From: Tubiluchus corallicola
Lineage: Eukaryota > Animalia > Priapulida
Assembly (NCBI GenBank): GCA_030141605.1
Contig: JAQGDQ010000122.1
Span: forward strand, 496,001 to 560,000
Reading direction: 5' to 3'
Length of the DNA stretch: 64,000 nucleotides
Shown: positions 1 through 13,400 of the stretch, in pieces
How positions within the stretch are numbered: the stretch's first letter is position 1
Layout of the letters: each line of letters opens with the position of its first letter
The notes under the pieces: model-generated
What the model was told of the DNA's origin: nothing
The model's database searches: none
The model's input: the letters and a program-made list of their open reading frames with translations, nothing else
Program-made: the position numbers and the translations under genes

Positions 1-111
1 CGCAGTTTTCCATCAGCAAACTAGCCTCCAGTTAACAATGACTTTACATTGCTTCAAGAACGATCCATTCATCTAAATATACTTCTTGCGCAGTCCCACA
101 ATCTGGCATAG

Positions 112-119
112 TATATAAA
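112..119 (+). promoter_or_regulatory. Candidate TATA box of the GPCR gene
   Basis: TATATAAA about 100 bp upstream of the GPCR ATG at 212; motif and position only. Confidence 0.4.
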
Positions 120-211
120 GACAACAAGTCTAAAACTGATGAAACACTTGAAGATCATCAAGAGTCTGTGGGTGAAGATAGTGAACTAACTAAACATTAT
201 ATGAATTTAAA

Positions 212-1183
212 ATGAATTTCACGGTGTCTGAGATGAATGTAACCTTGACAAACACGGTGGCAGATGGAAAAGGTACTTCAATTGCCACCATCATTTACAT
301 GATCGTGTTTTTAACAACAGTAATCATTATGGCAGGACTGAATACTTTTGTCGCTGTGGCTGTTATATCTGTGGAATCGATACGGACCGGGGCAAATCTT
401 CTTTTAGCAAGCATGGCAGCAGCTGGAGGTATTTTTGATATTGTCGTTACGACACAAACTATTCGGGGTCAAATCCTTCTGAATTACTCAACAGAGCTTT
501 GTGCTCTTACGGTGTTCGTCAGTTACTGTGTATTCCTACACATTATCGTAACTGACGCTTGGATAACAATCGATCGCTTCATTGCCATTGTCTATCCTCT
601 CCATTACCCACAAATCTGCACAAACAAGCGTTTTACCATACTTATTGCTTCTACATGGATATATTGCATTATTGCAGGATTCATGGCTACGATACGCCTG
701 ATGACGGAAGAACCACCTGCAGAAATCCCAAAATGCATGATTAGCAAGTACGTTACTCCTTGGTTTGGCTATTTCTTCCGACTGCAGTTCGTTGCCTCCG
801 TAATAGTTATGATATTTGTTTATGTGACAATAGCCAAGATTGTTTTACAGCACAAACGAATGATAGTACCCACTGGACAAGAGACGTATCTGAGCATAAA
901 GGAGAGACTGAAAATATCAGCACCGATGTTCATGCTCACGATAGGAAACGTGTTACTTATGGGCCCAAAGTTCCTGTTTACTACTCTAATGCAGGCCGGC
1001 ATCGTAAAACGCAAAGGAGCAGAAATAAGCATGTGGAGACGCATCACTCACGTTACAATTACCATATGCATGATTGCAACAGTTGCCACATACTTCTGGA
1101 AGATAAAAGAGTTACGCAATTTACTAAGGCGAATATTTTGCAGAAAAAATCGTGTTAGCAACCAACGCTTTGTCCAAAATTAA
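212..1183 (+). CDS. Intronless rhodopsin-like (class A) GPCR, orphan, 323 aa
   Basis: Single ORF with seven hydrophobic segments, N-terminal glycosylation sequons (NFT, NVT), TM3 IDRFIAIVYPLHY (DRY-like), TM3 and ECL2 cysteines (ELCAL, PKCMI), TM4 W (STWIY), helix-8-like YFWKIKELR followed by a Cys. Confidence 0.9.
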   Translation: MNFTVSEMNVTLTNTVADGKGTSIATIIYMIVFLTTVIIMAGLNTFVAVAVISVESIRTGANLLLASMAAAGGIFDIVVTTQTIRGQILLNYSTELCALTVFVSYCVFLHIIVTDAWITIDRFIAIVYPLHYPQICTNKRFTILIASTWIYCIIAGFMATIRLMTEEPPAEIPKCMISKYVTPWFGYFFRLQFVASVIVMIFVYVTIAKIVLQHKRMIVPTGQETYLSIKERLKISAPMFMLTIGNVLLMGPKFLFTTLMQAGIVKRKGAEISMWRRITHVTITICMIATVATYFWKIKELRNLLRRIFCRKNRVSNQRFVQN

Positions 1184-1991
1184 TTGCTCTAACTTTGAAA
1201 GAAAATTATTATCTTGTGTTAGCCAGTTATGGCCAATAATTATTTAACAATGATAGGGCTGCTTTTAATTATTGTTTTTGTTTTTGGCTTTCAGTGTTTA
1301 AATGTTAATAGTTTTAAAGTAACTTTCAGTAAATGTGGCACACTTTATACGATTAACACTCTATTCATTCCCAAGTGAGCAAATGCTCCACAATAAGCAA
1401 TCTGACGAACATGTATTCTATAAATCTAGCCAAGCTGACAATACACGCTACAATTTCTTACACACTAATTCTGCTATTAATTATACATCCGTTGGCAATC
1501 TATATGGGTAAATGTGTCTATTGTATTTAGTGTAGTACCATAGTTTTTATTTTGATCACAACTTGTGTGTAATTGTCTTCGACTATAAGTTTGGTATATG
1601 TTCTGATATTCTAGCTGTTAAATTTTCCTTATAGTTTTAGATTGTTGAGTATTAATTTAATTGAATGTTTAGTAAATTTTGCTGAATTGTTTAAAAGGTA
1701 GCAGAAGTGAATAAAACAATACAAGGCTTGAAAGACGAAAGAGTAAAATAGCTGTGCAAGTGTGTACCGAAAGTTAGAATCCGTACCATTCAACATCGAC
1801 AAGATTGCTGTAAGGAGCAACTCCTAGAATTTGGGTTCATAAAGTGAATCTGAAGAAAGTTTCAACAAAACTGGATTACTAATCTAATTGGTTATTAATT
1901 ACTCTAGCATGAAATACTAATAAATGGAATTGTTAAATTGATTAGTGAGTCACTAGAAATGAAAAATACCTTACATGATCACAGTTGATTG

Positions 1992-2087
1992 TGTGCAGTG
2001 TGAGGCTGTGTGATATGTGCAGTGTGAGGCTGTGTGATATGTGCAGTGTGAGGCTGTGTGATATGTGCAGTGTGAGGCTGTGTGATA
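1992..2087. repeat. Minisatellite, 4 perfect copies of a 24-bp unit
   Basis: (TGTGCAGTGTGAGGCTGTGTGATA)x4 head-to-tail, no spacers. Confidence 0.95.
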
Positions 2088-4468
2088 AAACAGAGGTCAT
2101 GGATGTTTAACTATAAAGTCAATGGTTCAAATATACACTTAGGGTAATTTTTTCACGTTTCCACTGCTCCAGTCAATGTTGATTTCCAAAAATTTTATAA
2201 GCGAGGATTCGTTTTATTGCATTGTAAAACAAAAATACGTATAGTGGGGGGCTCAATATAATAAATGACAGATTTTTGTACTCGGACACTCGTGAACATT
2301 CAAGAACTCAACTGTTTATTGCTTTGGATCCTATCAACTGACCAGACCTGAGGTCATAATAATAATTAAGGTCAAGAATTAACTAGTGTAAAATATGAAA
2401 CTTGGCAATATGTACACAATGTAAATAATAGCCCAACTAGAGACAGATCCAAGAGGACTGCTACCTGATTATCAGGAATCAAAAGTGGGATTTTCCAAAA
2501 GCTTAAGATGTTCCTACTCATGCTCTTCCTTTTCCATGAAGAAGATCTTAAGGAGTGCCAAAATCATTTGCGGAACATATATTTTGTGACTTTGCATTGT
2601 GAGGGGTGCACGCAGTCACACATTCGACACAGGTTTCCCCCAAAATTAGCCTTCACATATGGAATGCCATATTTACATGGTAAACAAAATATTATGGTAC
2701 GCCATATATTATATATGGTAAACAAATATTACTACAAAATCAACAAATGAGAAATAAAGCTGGTTAAAGCACTAACTGGCAGGACGTCACTATCACATTA
2801 TAGGCTTTTCAGGTGGTTTTATCCAGTAAGGGTAACATTAATGTGCCATGCTTCGCTGATCAGTGTGATTAAATAGACTTGGAATAGCTGACCAGGTTAG
2901 CTGCCCTGTGAATACGTGAACACAAAAACCAGCCCATGAGCAAACAAAATGCTGTCCTTGGTATTCCTGTACAATCATTTGCTCATAAAGGCAATGCTAT
3001 CAGCTCTAGGGAAGATCAAAAAATAGAAAAAAAACACGAAGCAAGTATCATAATACGTTATACATCCACCACTATAAGACAACAATGCACATTACTCTTG
3101 GTTCATAGAATTATATAATAATAATTTCCTGGACAACACCTTAAGTAACTCAATACTTATTTAAAAGGTGGTGCGAATTATTATTACCCGCGCATGTGAC
3201 TTCGATAAGCCTGTGTGCTGATCGAAGAATCAGTGGTACCGGTATGACTTGGTCGGGAGTCATGAGATAACACACATGAATCCTTTACATTACAGAAATT
3301 ATATCAAAAACAGTGGCCACATTGATATGATCACACTCATCGCAGCACAGATGCATACTATAACAGCAATGGCTTGTAAGAACACATCCATATCATAACA
3401 TTCACCAATGATTACCGTCCAGAATATCCACAGCCCCATGTTCCACCTACCATCACAACAATTAGATGCTCAAAGCCTCAAAGTTCCAAAATTTGCATGA
3501 GCCAAATAATAAACAGCAAGAGTGTTTCGATGTTTGTAAACAAATACGAAGGATCTTACTCCTTCTTCCTGGGAAAAACCTTCGAGGAATCATATTCACT
3601 TTCTTCTCATTTGCAATAGAATTATTGGTTTTGAAACTTTCCCAAAACAATGACATTACTTCATTCACAAAAGCTTCGAAGTCCTAAAATACCCCAAGCA
3701 TCTTAAAGGAAGACAGGATGATTTTCCATATACTACCTTATTTTCAAATTTGATAAAAAGTACACATTTTAACACAATTAATAGTGCAAAAGCGTTTCTG
3801 ATAATTAAATTATAGATTAAAAACATTATTAACGGTGGGCGAGCCCAACTATTGATGACGTCACAAACTAGCATAATTTTCAACAGCAAAAATATTCTAA
3901 GAGCGTGTTGTACATGTTTGCAAAAGCGAAAGTTGAAGTACAGTGCTACTGTAAGAGATTCACTGTTGTACTAAAACTAGGCAAGTTTTAAGATAAAAAT
4001 TCAATTTTCAAATTTACCGATGTGCTCACGCGTGAACTGTTGAATGCGAGTAGTTCATCACAAACTAACACATCTGAACTGAGAGGTACAGCACCTGTTT
4101 TTGTGCAATGTTTCCGAAATGCAGGCGCTAGTGCCGTCTAACTAGCGAATGGCAAAATGCATCTAACAGCGAAGAATTAGTGATGTGAATGCCAAATAGT
4201 GATTGTGTGGTAATAATTTTTTCATGGAAGTCATTTTTGAAAAAATAGTATATTTCCTTTCAAAATTTTAAAGAGTAGATTATTTTGACCTACAGTTTAC
4301 GATTTGGTCCGGTTTTGCTTTAAATAACGATTTTGCCCGACATCCAGCATAACTGAAACAATTACGCTTTGTTCGCAGGATAAAAGAAGCAGTGGTCAAA
4401 CTTCATCCGGGGAGATTTAATGCAACAAAATTCCTATTGCAAATCTGGATCCTGTGCAAGGGTCTTAC

Positions 4469-7400
4469 CTCACTCCCAATGTGACCTGAACTACGGTAGT
4501 AAAACCTGTCATGAAGAGCGTAGAGCTAAGCAATCTTGCTTTCATCTCCTCATCTTTACCTGCACAAACAACTTCAGCGACTAACAAAGATATGGTAAGT
4601 TGATGGGCAATGGATATCAGAGCTTGCTAGAAAAGAAAATGTTTCTGGTTGTTATTTTTATTCAGATTGTTGCTGACATGAATGACAACACAATTGACAT
4701 GTGACACAATGATTTTAAAGAAAAGCCAAGCCTTCTGGGAAGTTTCATTATTTCAATATTCGCAAAAAATGTTAGAATGATTTAACTGTGATAAGCACCA
4801 CACGTAATTAGTGAAATTACTTTAAAGGTGCAATCATTTCATATTTTGGCTCTCCCATTTTGAACACTCATTCTTCCTGTTCAAAACACCAATGTGCTCG
4901 TAAATAGCGGTAAATTTTTACAAAAAATTAGACAGCTATTTTTTGTGATATTTTTGCATGAATATCAGGTAAGCAGCAGAAATTGGAAACAATTTATGCT
5001 ACAGATGTGCTTGCAAAAGATCACGAAATCCACCAGTTACATCATAATTCTCAAATAAAAAGCAGCTGCCACCACACCTGAAAATTTCTATTCAGCAGTA
5101 GTATAAATTAACTTTATGCTTTACAGACAGTTTTTCACAAATTTCTTTGATAAGTTTTTCTAAGGTTAACTGGATAAACCCAACGTGCTAAATGACTTCA
5201 CTTGTCCTTTCCTTTAAGCTTTAAAATATTTGATATTGGAACACAAGAAAACATAAAAAACAAGTGCTTTAGATATTCTCTCAAGCATCTATGCATCATC
5301 AACCATACTATGTGACAACTTAAGACACAAGGATATCACCTAACCTGATGTGAACCTAGTATAATGGCTTATAAATTCGACATAAACCCATTTCCTTGCG
5401 CTTTCATGAAATGCCAATATGGTACCAGCCTAATTGCAGGTTTTAAGGTTAAGTGCTCCTTTGTCACACAGCATGAGCTTTTATAGTCAGTGACTAATTA
5501 GTTCAGGTAATGTAATTTTGTTTACATTGCAGAATCATTGACACTGGCAGGCTGGTAAGTTTATAAGCTTTGAGCAGAATTCATGTTCTGTGCATTGCAT
5601 AGGGCATACTTAACCAGCTCTGGTTACTAAAGAGCCATTTGAACACGTATTGGTTTGGATAAAAGGCAAAAAATGCATTATGTCTAATGGTACAGGCTCC
5701 CTTTAATATAGTTTTATAAATCTTACGTTGGTTGGTTCAACATATTATTATAGTTTTAAGCTGAAGCGCTTAACTGAGTTGGCACAGCTGTCCCACTTTT
5801 TCAACTTTTCTAATTTTTCCACTTTAGCAACTCAACATTCTGATTTCACTCACCTGAAGACCAAAGAGTATGGAGAGGTAGAATGGAGGTCTATCACTTA
5901 TCTTATAGATAAGCTGCTGGTCTTTCCGGGATTGACTACAATCAACAGTCTTTTCCGACTTTATATGATTCGTTTCGTTGCTAACGTCATCACTATCAGA
6001 CCCATAACGGACTGATAGCACTTTCACATTATCAACTGTAATCCAAAGATCAAAAATCGCTGTTGAATGGTTCTTATTTTAATGCTGAATGCTAATACAG
6101 TGAATTTCTCACAAAACATAGCCAGCTAAAGTAAACCTTAACGAACACCTTGACACTAGTGAAGACAGTCATTGGTCAGCTTTATAATTTAAAGATGTCA
6201 TTGGTGAATGCTACAATAAGCAGCTCATTTTAAAATACTTTGTACTTTTTCATAAACAGAAGAATTTTAAAACTAATTCAAAACTGGCAATAGGTGACAT
6301 CATTACACTTCCTGTACAAAAAATGAAACTCCGTTTGAGACATGATATCCCCATCATGTTGGGTCTACAATTATATCATCATACGCCTTAGCATAACTTC
6401 TGTCAAAGACATTGGGCAGGTAGAATTCTAATACAACAGAAGCAGTAAGTAGAAACACAGTAAATCCAGTAAACACTAGACACTGCTATGCCAGTGGCTT
6501 GTCATCAATGCTTCCAAGCTAATGGCAGCACATCTACAATGTATTAATGCTCCAAAAAATTGGTTCTTTACTGCTGAGCTTATAAAGAAAAGCATGCATA
6601 GCTCTGAATAGCAGCTCTGTGTGTCGCCATAAGCACTCAGACATTTTTCTAAGCATTGCAAAACTTATCAATTTCAGTTGCTGATATTTTGATTCATACT
6701 CAAATGAAAAAAACAAAAAATATCATCACAATTTGTGGCCCCTACCACTTATAACATTCATTATGCTGAAAAAATATGAAACTAGTTGGCTCTTGCTATC
6801 ATAATGTGCTTACATTGATGTCATCATTGGCATGTTTTAGGTTTTCAAATAACACTGCTTGCGATGCATTTGTTATTCAACTTTGCGTTCACTTGGTAAT
6901 AAATTGCTCATGTTCACTAAGCCACTGTGCAAGCATAGTTGTTGAAAACAGTTAATACCAATAGCAGTGCTGGGTAAGCTACCGTAAAAAAGTAGCTAAG
7001 TACAGCTACAAGAACTTTACTTTTTTCAAGCGCAGTTAGATACGGCTACTTGGAAAACTGGCTAGTTGTAAAAAATTCTAAAATGTTGTGCAAATCTTGC
7101 AATGTTATTTTACGATTTTATGGCGCAGCTTACAAACAACAAATATAAAAATTTTCTTAATGTATTAAACAGTACACCACAATTACATACAAACGAAGCA
7201 ATCAGGGTAAGCAGTGTTTAGGGCTGCAGTGATGGACTCCCCGGCCTGTTCACAGATCCATGACAGGGGATCCATCACAAATGTTTCAACTCGTGTTTAA
7301 GATACAAGTACAGCATGATCATTGTTTTAGGCTGGCATATGGACTTTGACAAAATCATGTTGGCATAATGGCTGCCATGGCAGATTATGAAGGTTAAGCA

Positions 7401-7621
7401 CTATACTCCTACACTATTAGTATTACCTTTTGACGTTGACTAATAGTGATACAGTCATTGCTTTGAAACTTGTAGCAAAACATCTTGTCTTCCCAAATTT
7501 TATATTTTTCGTAACTGGTGCTAGCCAATACTATAGTATTAGCCTATTTACCCAACCAGTACTAACAGTATAATAATGCCTGCATAGCTACACTGGGCTA
7601 GTTTAACTTACCGTCAGTCAT
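4469..7621 (-). CDS. SLC23/NAT-family transporter paralog B, exons 1-3 only (partial)
   Basis: Exons 7621-7612 (ATG ACT GAC G|gtaagt), 6035-5854 and 4626-4469, all GT-AG, in frame and stop-free: MTDVDNVKVL...LIYKISDRPPFYLSILFGLQ|QALISIAHQLTISLLVAEVVCAGKDEEMKARLLSSTLFMTGFTT. Same exon phases as paralog A. No exon 4 found in 1..4468. Confidence 0.8.
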
Positions 7622-7991
7622 TCTTCTTCCCTCCTAATACTAACTGGAAAAACTGTTATGCGTTTGTTTCCAGAAAAATCATGGTCAGGCTAGAGTCGGC
7701 TTATCAGATTTAAAGAATACAGCAGATTCTGGCTAGATCTGACGGGTGCCATACAGTATGCGTGTATATAGGGGAGAAAAATGTTCACAAAAAATATTTA
7801 AAATAGGGTATAGCACTACAAGCTGTTACGTAATAATTTGGACTTGCTCGCCACATTCAACACACTACACTACCGCTTAATACGAAACTAGTAGAGCTCT
7901 TCGACGTACACGCGGATGATGCACTCAAATCAATCAACTATAGTGAGCTGTGTACACTATACAGTATCAAATTCGTTGAAATATCTCGAAA

Positions 7992-8025
7992 AGAGCGCAC
8001 TGCTTGAAAACTATTCTTCTCGAGC
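7992..8025 (-). promoter_or_regulatory. Bipartite upstream motif, copy 1 (SLC23 paralog B)
   Basis: CGCACTGCT-tgaaaac-TATTCTTCTCGA on the + strand, about 370 bp upstream of the ATG; matches 22750..22783 and 30162..30195. Confidence 0.5.
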
Positions 8026-10431
8026 GCTGCAATCGAGAGCAGCTGAATAAGCTAAAAAAATAAGCAAATTATTAATTATTATTACTATTATTACTTGTCT
8101 GTTAGACTCTACTCAACAAGAAGCCATTCACTTTACAGAAGAGACTTAACCACTTGTTGAAAGATATAATAATAAAGTAACACTGTCTGAGAGTCAGAAT
8201 AGTTGCTGGCAGCTTCTGCAAAACAACTTCTGACTTTATGTGTAAACTATAACAAAATTGTTTAGCTAGACACATTAAGAACAAAATTATTTTTTCATGT
8301 TATTAATTCAATGTCAATAAGTGTTGGCATTTCAATTGTGCTGCTAATTAATTCATTACATAAAAATCATAGTTTGTCAATCACTGATGGAAAGTTCATG
8401 CAAAGGCAAAGTCTGTTAACTTGTAAATTTACCTAGACTGTAAAATGTTCAATTTTCCAGTATTTTGCAGTGACTTTGACATGGTCTAACTCTGTATTTT
8501 ATTGAAAGAAGTACATAAGCAGCATAATGTCAACAGCTTGTAAGTTATACATCAAAGCATTTTACTGCTAATAGTAAGATATGCCATTTAGTTTCATTTC
8601 TAGTTACATATCTATGAAAGCACAACTATTTGTTAAAAGTGACCACAAAAAGTTTGTTTATAACTTGTATGTTCTGGAGCAAATAGACAAATACATTATT
8701 ACTTTGCAGGTTATCACAGGTAAAGTAGCATAATCATATCAAACTAATTTATATCACAACTAAAATGACCACATCTCATTCAATCACAAGTAGACAAGTT
8801 AAGATAATCAAACTACAGATTATCATATCACTAAGCTTACTGCACTAATTCACTATTCATTTAATGTTACGAGCTGTATCGTCGCATAAGCTCAATAGTC
8901 ATTTAACTATGAAAAAACAAGAAAACCTAAGTTAGTTGTAACTAATGATGTTGCTTATACATGTAGCAAATACAACAGCCAAATGGTAACACTATTCAAA
9001 ATTACGGGTGTGGGCACCACTATGTAGGACTACGTAGGCCTGCACAGGTTATATTAAGAACCAGAATAAATCAGTTAGCAATAACTGTAATGTCTCATAG
9101 GCCAATGAAGGCAAAATTGAACTTATTTACGGGAATTCGTGACACAGAACATTTGGTATGATTGATAAGAAAATGATTTTACAAGCTGACCAATATTGCA
9201 GTTTGGCTATAACTATGCTCTTGTAAATTTTACTAGTAGTGTTGAAGTTATCTGATGGTAAAATGCTATATAACACTCACTACATTCTATAATATTGACA
9301 AATACCCTATACTGAAGAATATTGATACATAAACATACATGTATAGCTATTAACTAGTATAAATTTAGAGTGTGTAAAAAACAATACTGAAGCAGCCATT
9401 TACAATGACAGTTGAACGACTTAACATGTGTCATTAAAAGTTTTAATCACAACAGCCATTTTAAGTAGCACTTTTGTTATACGGCTCAAAAATCCATAAA
9501 TAATAGCATTTTTGCTGAAATGATTTCTGCTAAGTTACTGTAAGTTCTCAACAAAGCAGATTGTACATGGCTTGAAATTAAATGCATCTTAGATGCACAT
9601 CCCTGATATAAAGTTAATACATTCCTTTCAAAATCTTACAGGCTATAATAAAACAAGTGAGTTAGTTTCCAACACATTCTTGTTAGTAGAAAAAGCAATG
9701 TTAAAATAAATTCAGAAAAACTGAAAACATACTGTACTGACAAGTAATACTCAGTATAAATGAAATTTAAAACTTGTTTTTGTCCTTCTAACATATGAAC
9801 TTGCACTTAAGAGCATGTAGAAACATATCACAAGATTAAATAAGAGACATGAGTTTGAAACTAATGTAAACAAAGCATTCCAGCAGTTACATCAATATAT
9901 TACTTGGCAAAATTTATGAGAAGATAAGCTGAAATGTTGGTTTTACTACCATGAAGTTAGAACTAAACATATCACCAAACATGCTCTGAACCTACCAAAA
10001 GTTCTACTCCTGAGACATACTATAAGACGCATATGATCAAACACATCAGTCTGAAACTGTCTGGCACAGCAAAGATAATGTTTAACATAGAATCAAGGAA
10101 AACATAGATCAGAATCACAATTCAAAAGCTCTTGTGAGATGCTGTAGAACGATATACTTGAGTAATATACTAAAACACCTGCACCATCCGCATTTTGCCA
10201 ATATTGGCACTTACCAGATTTCTCATGCTTTTAAGTTGTTGGAAAAATTCGTAAATTTATTTACAGCAAGTCAGTAAACCATCTGTGGCATTTTCACTGC
10301 CTTACCATGGAGAAGTTTTTTCCAGAAACTCTACTTATATAAAACCCTGAGGCTTCCTGCATTGACAATTTAAAATGCAAAAAATGCTTTCCTGAGTTCT
10401 GCATCTCCAACCATCATATGCATATGCCACT

Positions 10432-13400
10432 TTAACCATAAATGTGTGAAGTAAGGGCTGGATCGGGTAAAAATGGCACATATTTGAGCCAACGACTTCT
10501 CTTGATGAACTTGGGAAGAAGAGGCTCATACACTTCCAGCCCTTCCTCGTAATGCTTTGTGTCGGATGCCACATGCACTGTTCTCCAAGCTGTAATTCCT
10601 CTTTCTTCATCTGTACCTATCAAAGAAACAAAAACGTGGAAAAATATCTTTCACATTTAAAAGAGACTAGATGAATACTGCTCTCTACACTTCACACAAC
10701 GAACGAAATGCCGGAATGAAATGTCAATTTGAAATTCTAGATGAGAATGGAACCACTGTAGGTGAAATTATTAGATAAATGTTAGAAAACAAGACATTAT
10801 TAGCCACATGATGTAAATTCAACAAGACTCAGAACCAGCTACCATAGAAAATACTATTAGTTATGCGACGTGGAGCCTGCCTAGGTTGAAGAACAAGGTG
10901 AATTAAATGGCTGAGCCTAAACAATTACAATAGGCATAAAACTGCAATGGTTAAATGTGAATTCAAAGTAGGGAACCCAGTGAAAGTGGGAAACAACTTT
11001 GCATGCTCGTGGGAGTTCAAAAGGAATGTCAGGCTATTGGTACTAGCATGAAAACCATGCTAGATTTAGTACATGGTGTCACAACTAATGTAAACACTGT
11101 CACATGATCCTATAATACAGAAAACTTGTGGTGTCACCTCTTTTTGACAAAAAAGGAAAGAGTGTAAGCATTCTTTTGTCATTTTAAACAAAAAACAAGC
11201 CCTTGTCTTCACTTATGAAAAAAAATGGAGAAGCTGGTATAATACCTGGTACAGTATTGTCTAGTATACAAGCAAGGATGGCACCAGCCAAATTGGCATT
11301 GCCCAAACACATCTTCAGTACACTATCTGCTGCTGCATTACCTAAATAGAATGAGTTCAATGTACTGAGCAGTTATGATGAGCATTATCTACCAGAAAGC
11401 GAATTTGAATGGAATCGAATTTTTAATTTTCGAATTCAAAATGAAACAAGATTTCAAATCTGAATCGAATTAGAATTCAATGATAAAGAATTTCTAATTA
11501 TATAATAAAATGCTGTCTTCCAAGGATAATGCATATTGCGCAATTTTGTTCTGAAACAAAACACTAATAATTTGTATAAAAATTGTGTACTGAAATCATA
11601 GCTAAATGTGTTAATTATGCATGCTGTTTCAAACTTTAAAAGATAAAGAACGTATGTAGTTGAAGTGCTGAATTATTCAAACTCATAATTTTAGGTTCAA
11701 ATCGAATTTGAATGTTTAAATCAAATTCGAATTAAACAAACTTGTTTGGCGCTTGATGAATGAAGTTAACCAGTGATTGACGAATGAACAGTGATGAATA
11801 ATCAAAATATGAATGCAAATTACAGTAAATCTAAGGATATGAACAATAAAGATACGTCACAGTGAAAAGCTATAAAGATCAATGCTCCAAAATACGCTAT
11901 TTTTGCCATTAGATCAACATTACCTACAGAATTACTTGTACAGAATATTACTGTCATCAACAATTTTCATTCCCATTTACTACTTCAAAAAAGGCAAAAA
12001 AGGCTAATTCTAAAAATGACAAATTTTATCTGTTTCCTCCCATTTTTTATATATAGTGCAGGTTTCAATTATGAGCAATTAGGCTCAGCAATACAGAAAA
12101 GCAACAACATAGGGCATCCACTTAAATCTTTCATATTTCAAGTTATTAAAAAATGAAATAGTATCTAGAAATTCATCTTTTACCCGTATTGATAGCATCA
12201 GGCACAGTTTCTATCCAGTACGGCACCATCCAGCCAACAACAAGCGACGTGCCGATGATCGTGAGACTGCGGGAGGAAGACAAGGATACATGCTCCAGAT
12301 TTGAAAATGTCACTCCAATAAATGCTCCAACAATGATAATGAGTGCGCCACCTAGCACCGGATGGGGAATCGTGATGAAGACTGCAGAAAACTTACCAAT
12401 CACACCAAAGAGCATATAGATGATGCCGACAGCCACAAACACGTGACGACTTGCAACCTGACAAAATGGAGCACTTGTGAACGTGTTGTTTCACGACTTG
12501 AAAATAAATAAAACAGTTATAAATTTAATATGTTTAATGGTCATGAAGATGCTCTATTCATCAACACCAGAAGAACCACACGACTTCATTTCAGGTCAAA
12601 ATGCTATTTTACAATATGTCTAAGGTATATACTCTATTCAAAAGATACAGTTATAAGCAATAATGGGAAAATGACAGTAAGATACAAAGTGAACAGCATG
12701 CACAGTTCGAAATGGACAGTCAAAGTTGTTGAAGCTACTTTGAATTATAATATAACCTATTCCATGTACAAAATCAATAGGAAATAATGAATATGCAAGA
12801 ATCACATGCATACCTTAGTCAAACCCATGGCCCCAATGTTGGCTGCATAGGTTGTTGTAGCGTGACCACACCCTACAGCACCAGATAAAGCACTGCATGC
12901 TCCCTCAATGGTCAAACCACGATTTACTGCGTGAGATGGTGGCGGAGGCACATGACATATTTTTGCACAAGCATAATAATCAGCGATTGAATCTAATATT
13001 GATAAGATTGTTCCAATAAGACACGCAATAAAAGCAGTGACATTAAATAAGGGTGCCCCATACTGACCTGAAAAATGTAAATTTTGTACAAGCCAATGAA
13101 ACTGATAATTAGCAAAAGCATCATTGACTAAATGAATGATTGGTAATTAGCAGCAGCAGCAGTAGTAGTAACAGAAACAGTGAATGGATTATGAGACAAA
13201 AACATGCAGAATAAAATGTCTAACCAGAACATTTAGTTAACTGTCAGAATACTACGTGGGTACGTCAGGGGGCGTTTGAACAGACACAACAACATAACAT
13301 GTTGCATCTCAACATCTAAGTCAATCATGGCTGCCATATGCCATTTAAATCAATCATAGCTCTCATATGCTGATAAACATTCCAATACGTAACCATGCTC

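Noticed and set aside
559-1158. Overlapping alternative-frame and antisense ORFs in the GPCR (likewise 12189..12419, 28448..28690, 49908..50220)
   Set aside because: Shadows of real coding exons with no independent protein features.
1992-2087. Direct repeats as a possible CRISPR array
   Set aside because: Head-to-tail with no spacers, no cas genes, eukaryotic context.
4822-5218. Second TTAA-flanked Kolobok-like element
   Set aside because: Only TTAAAGG...CCTTTAA matches; the TIR is too short to support a call.
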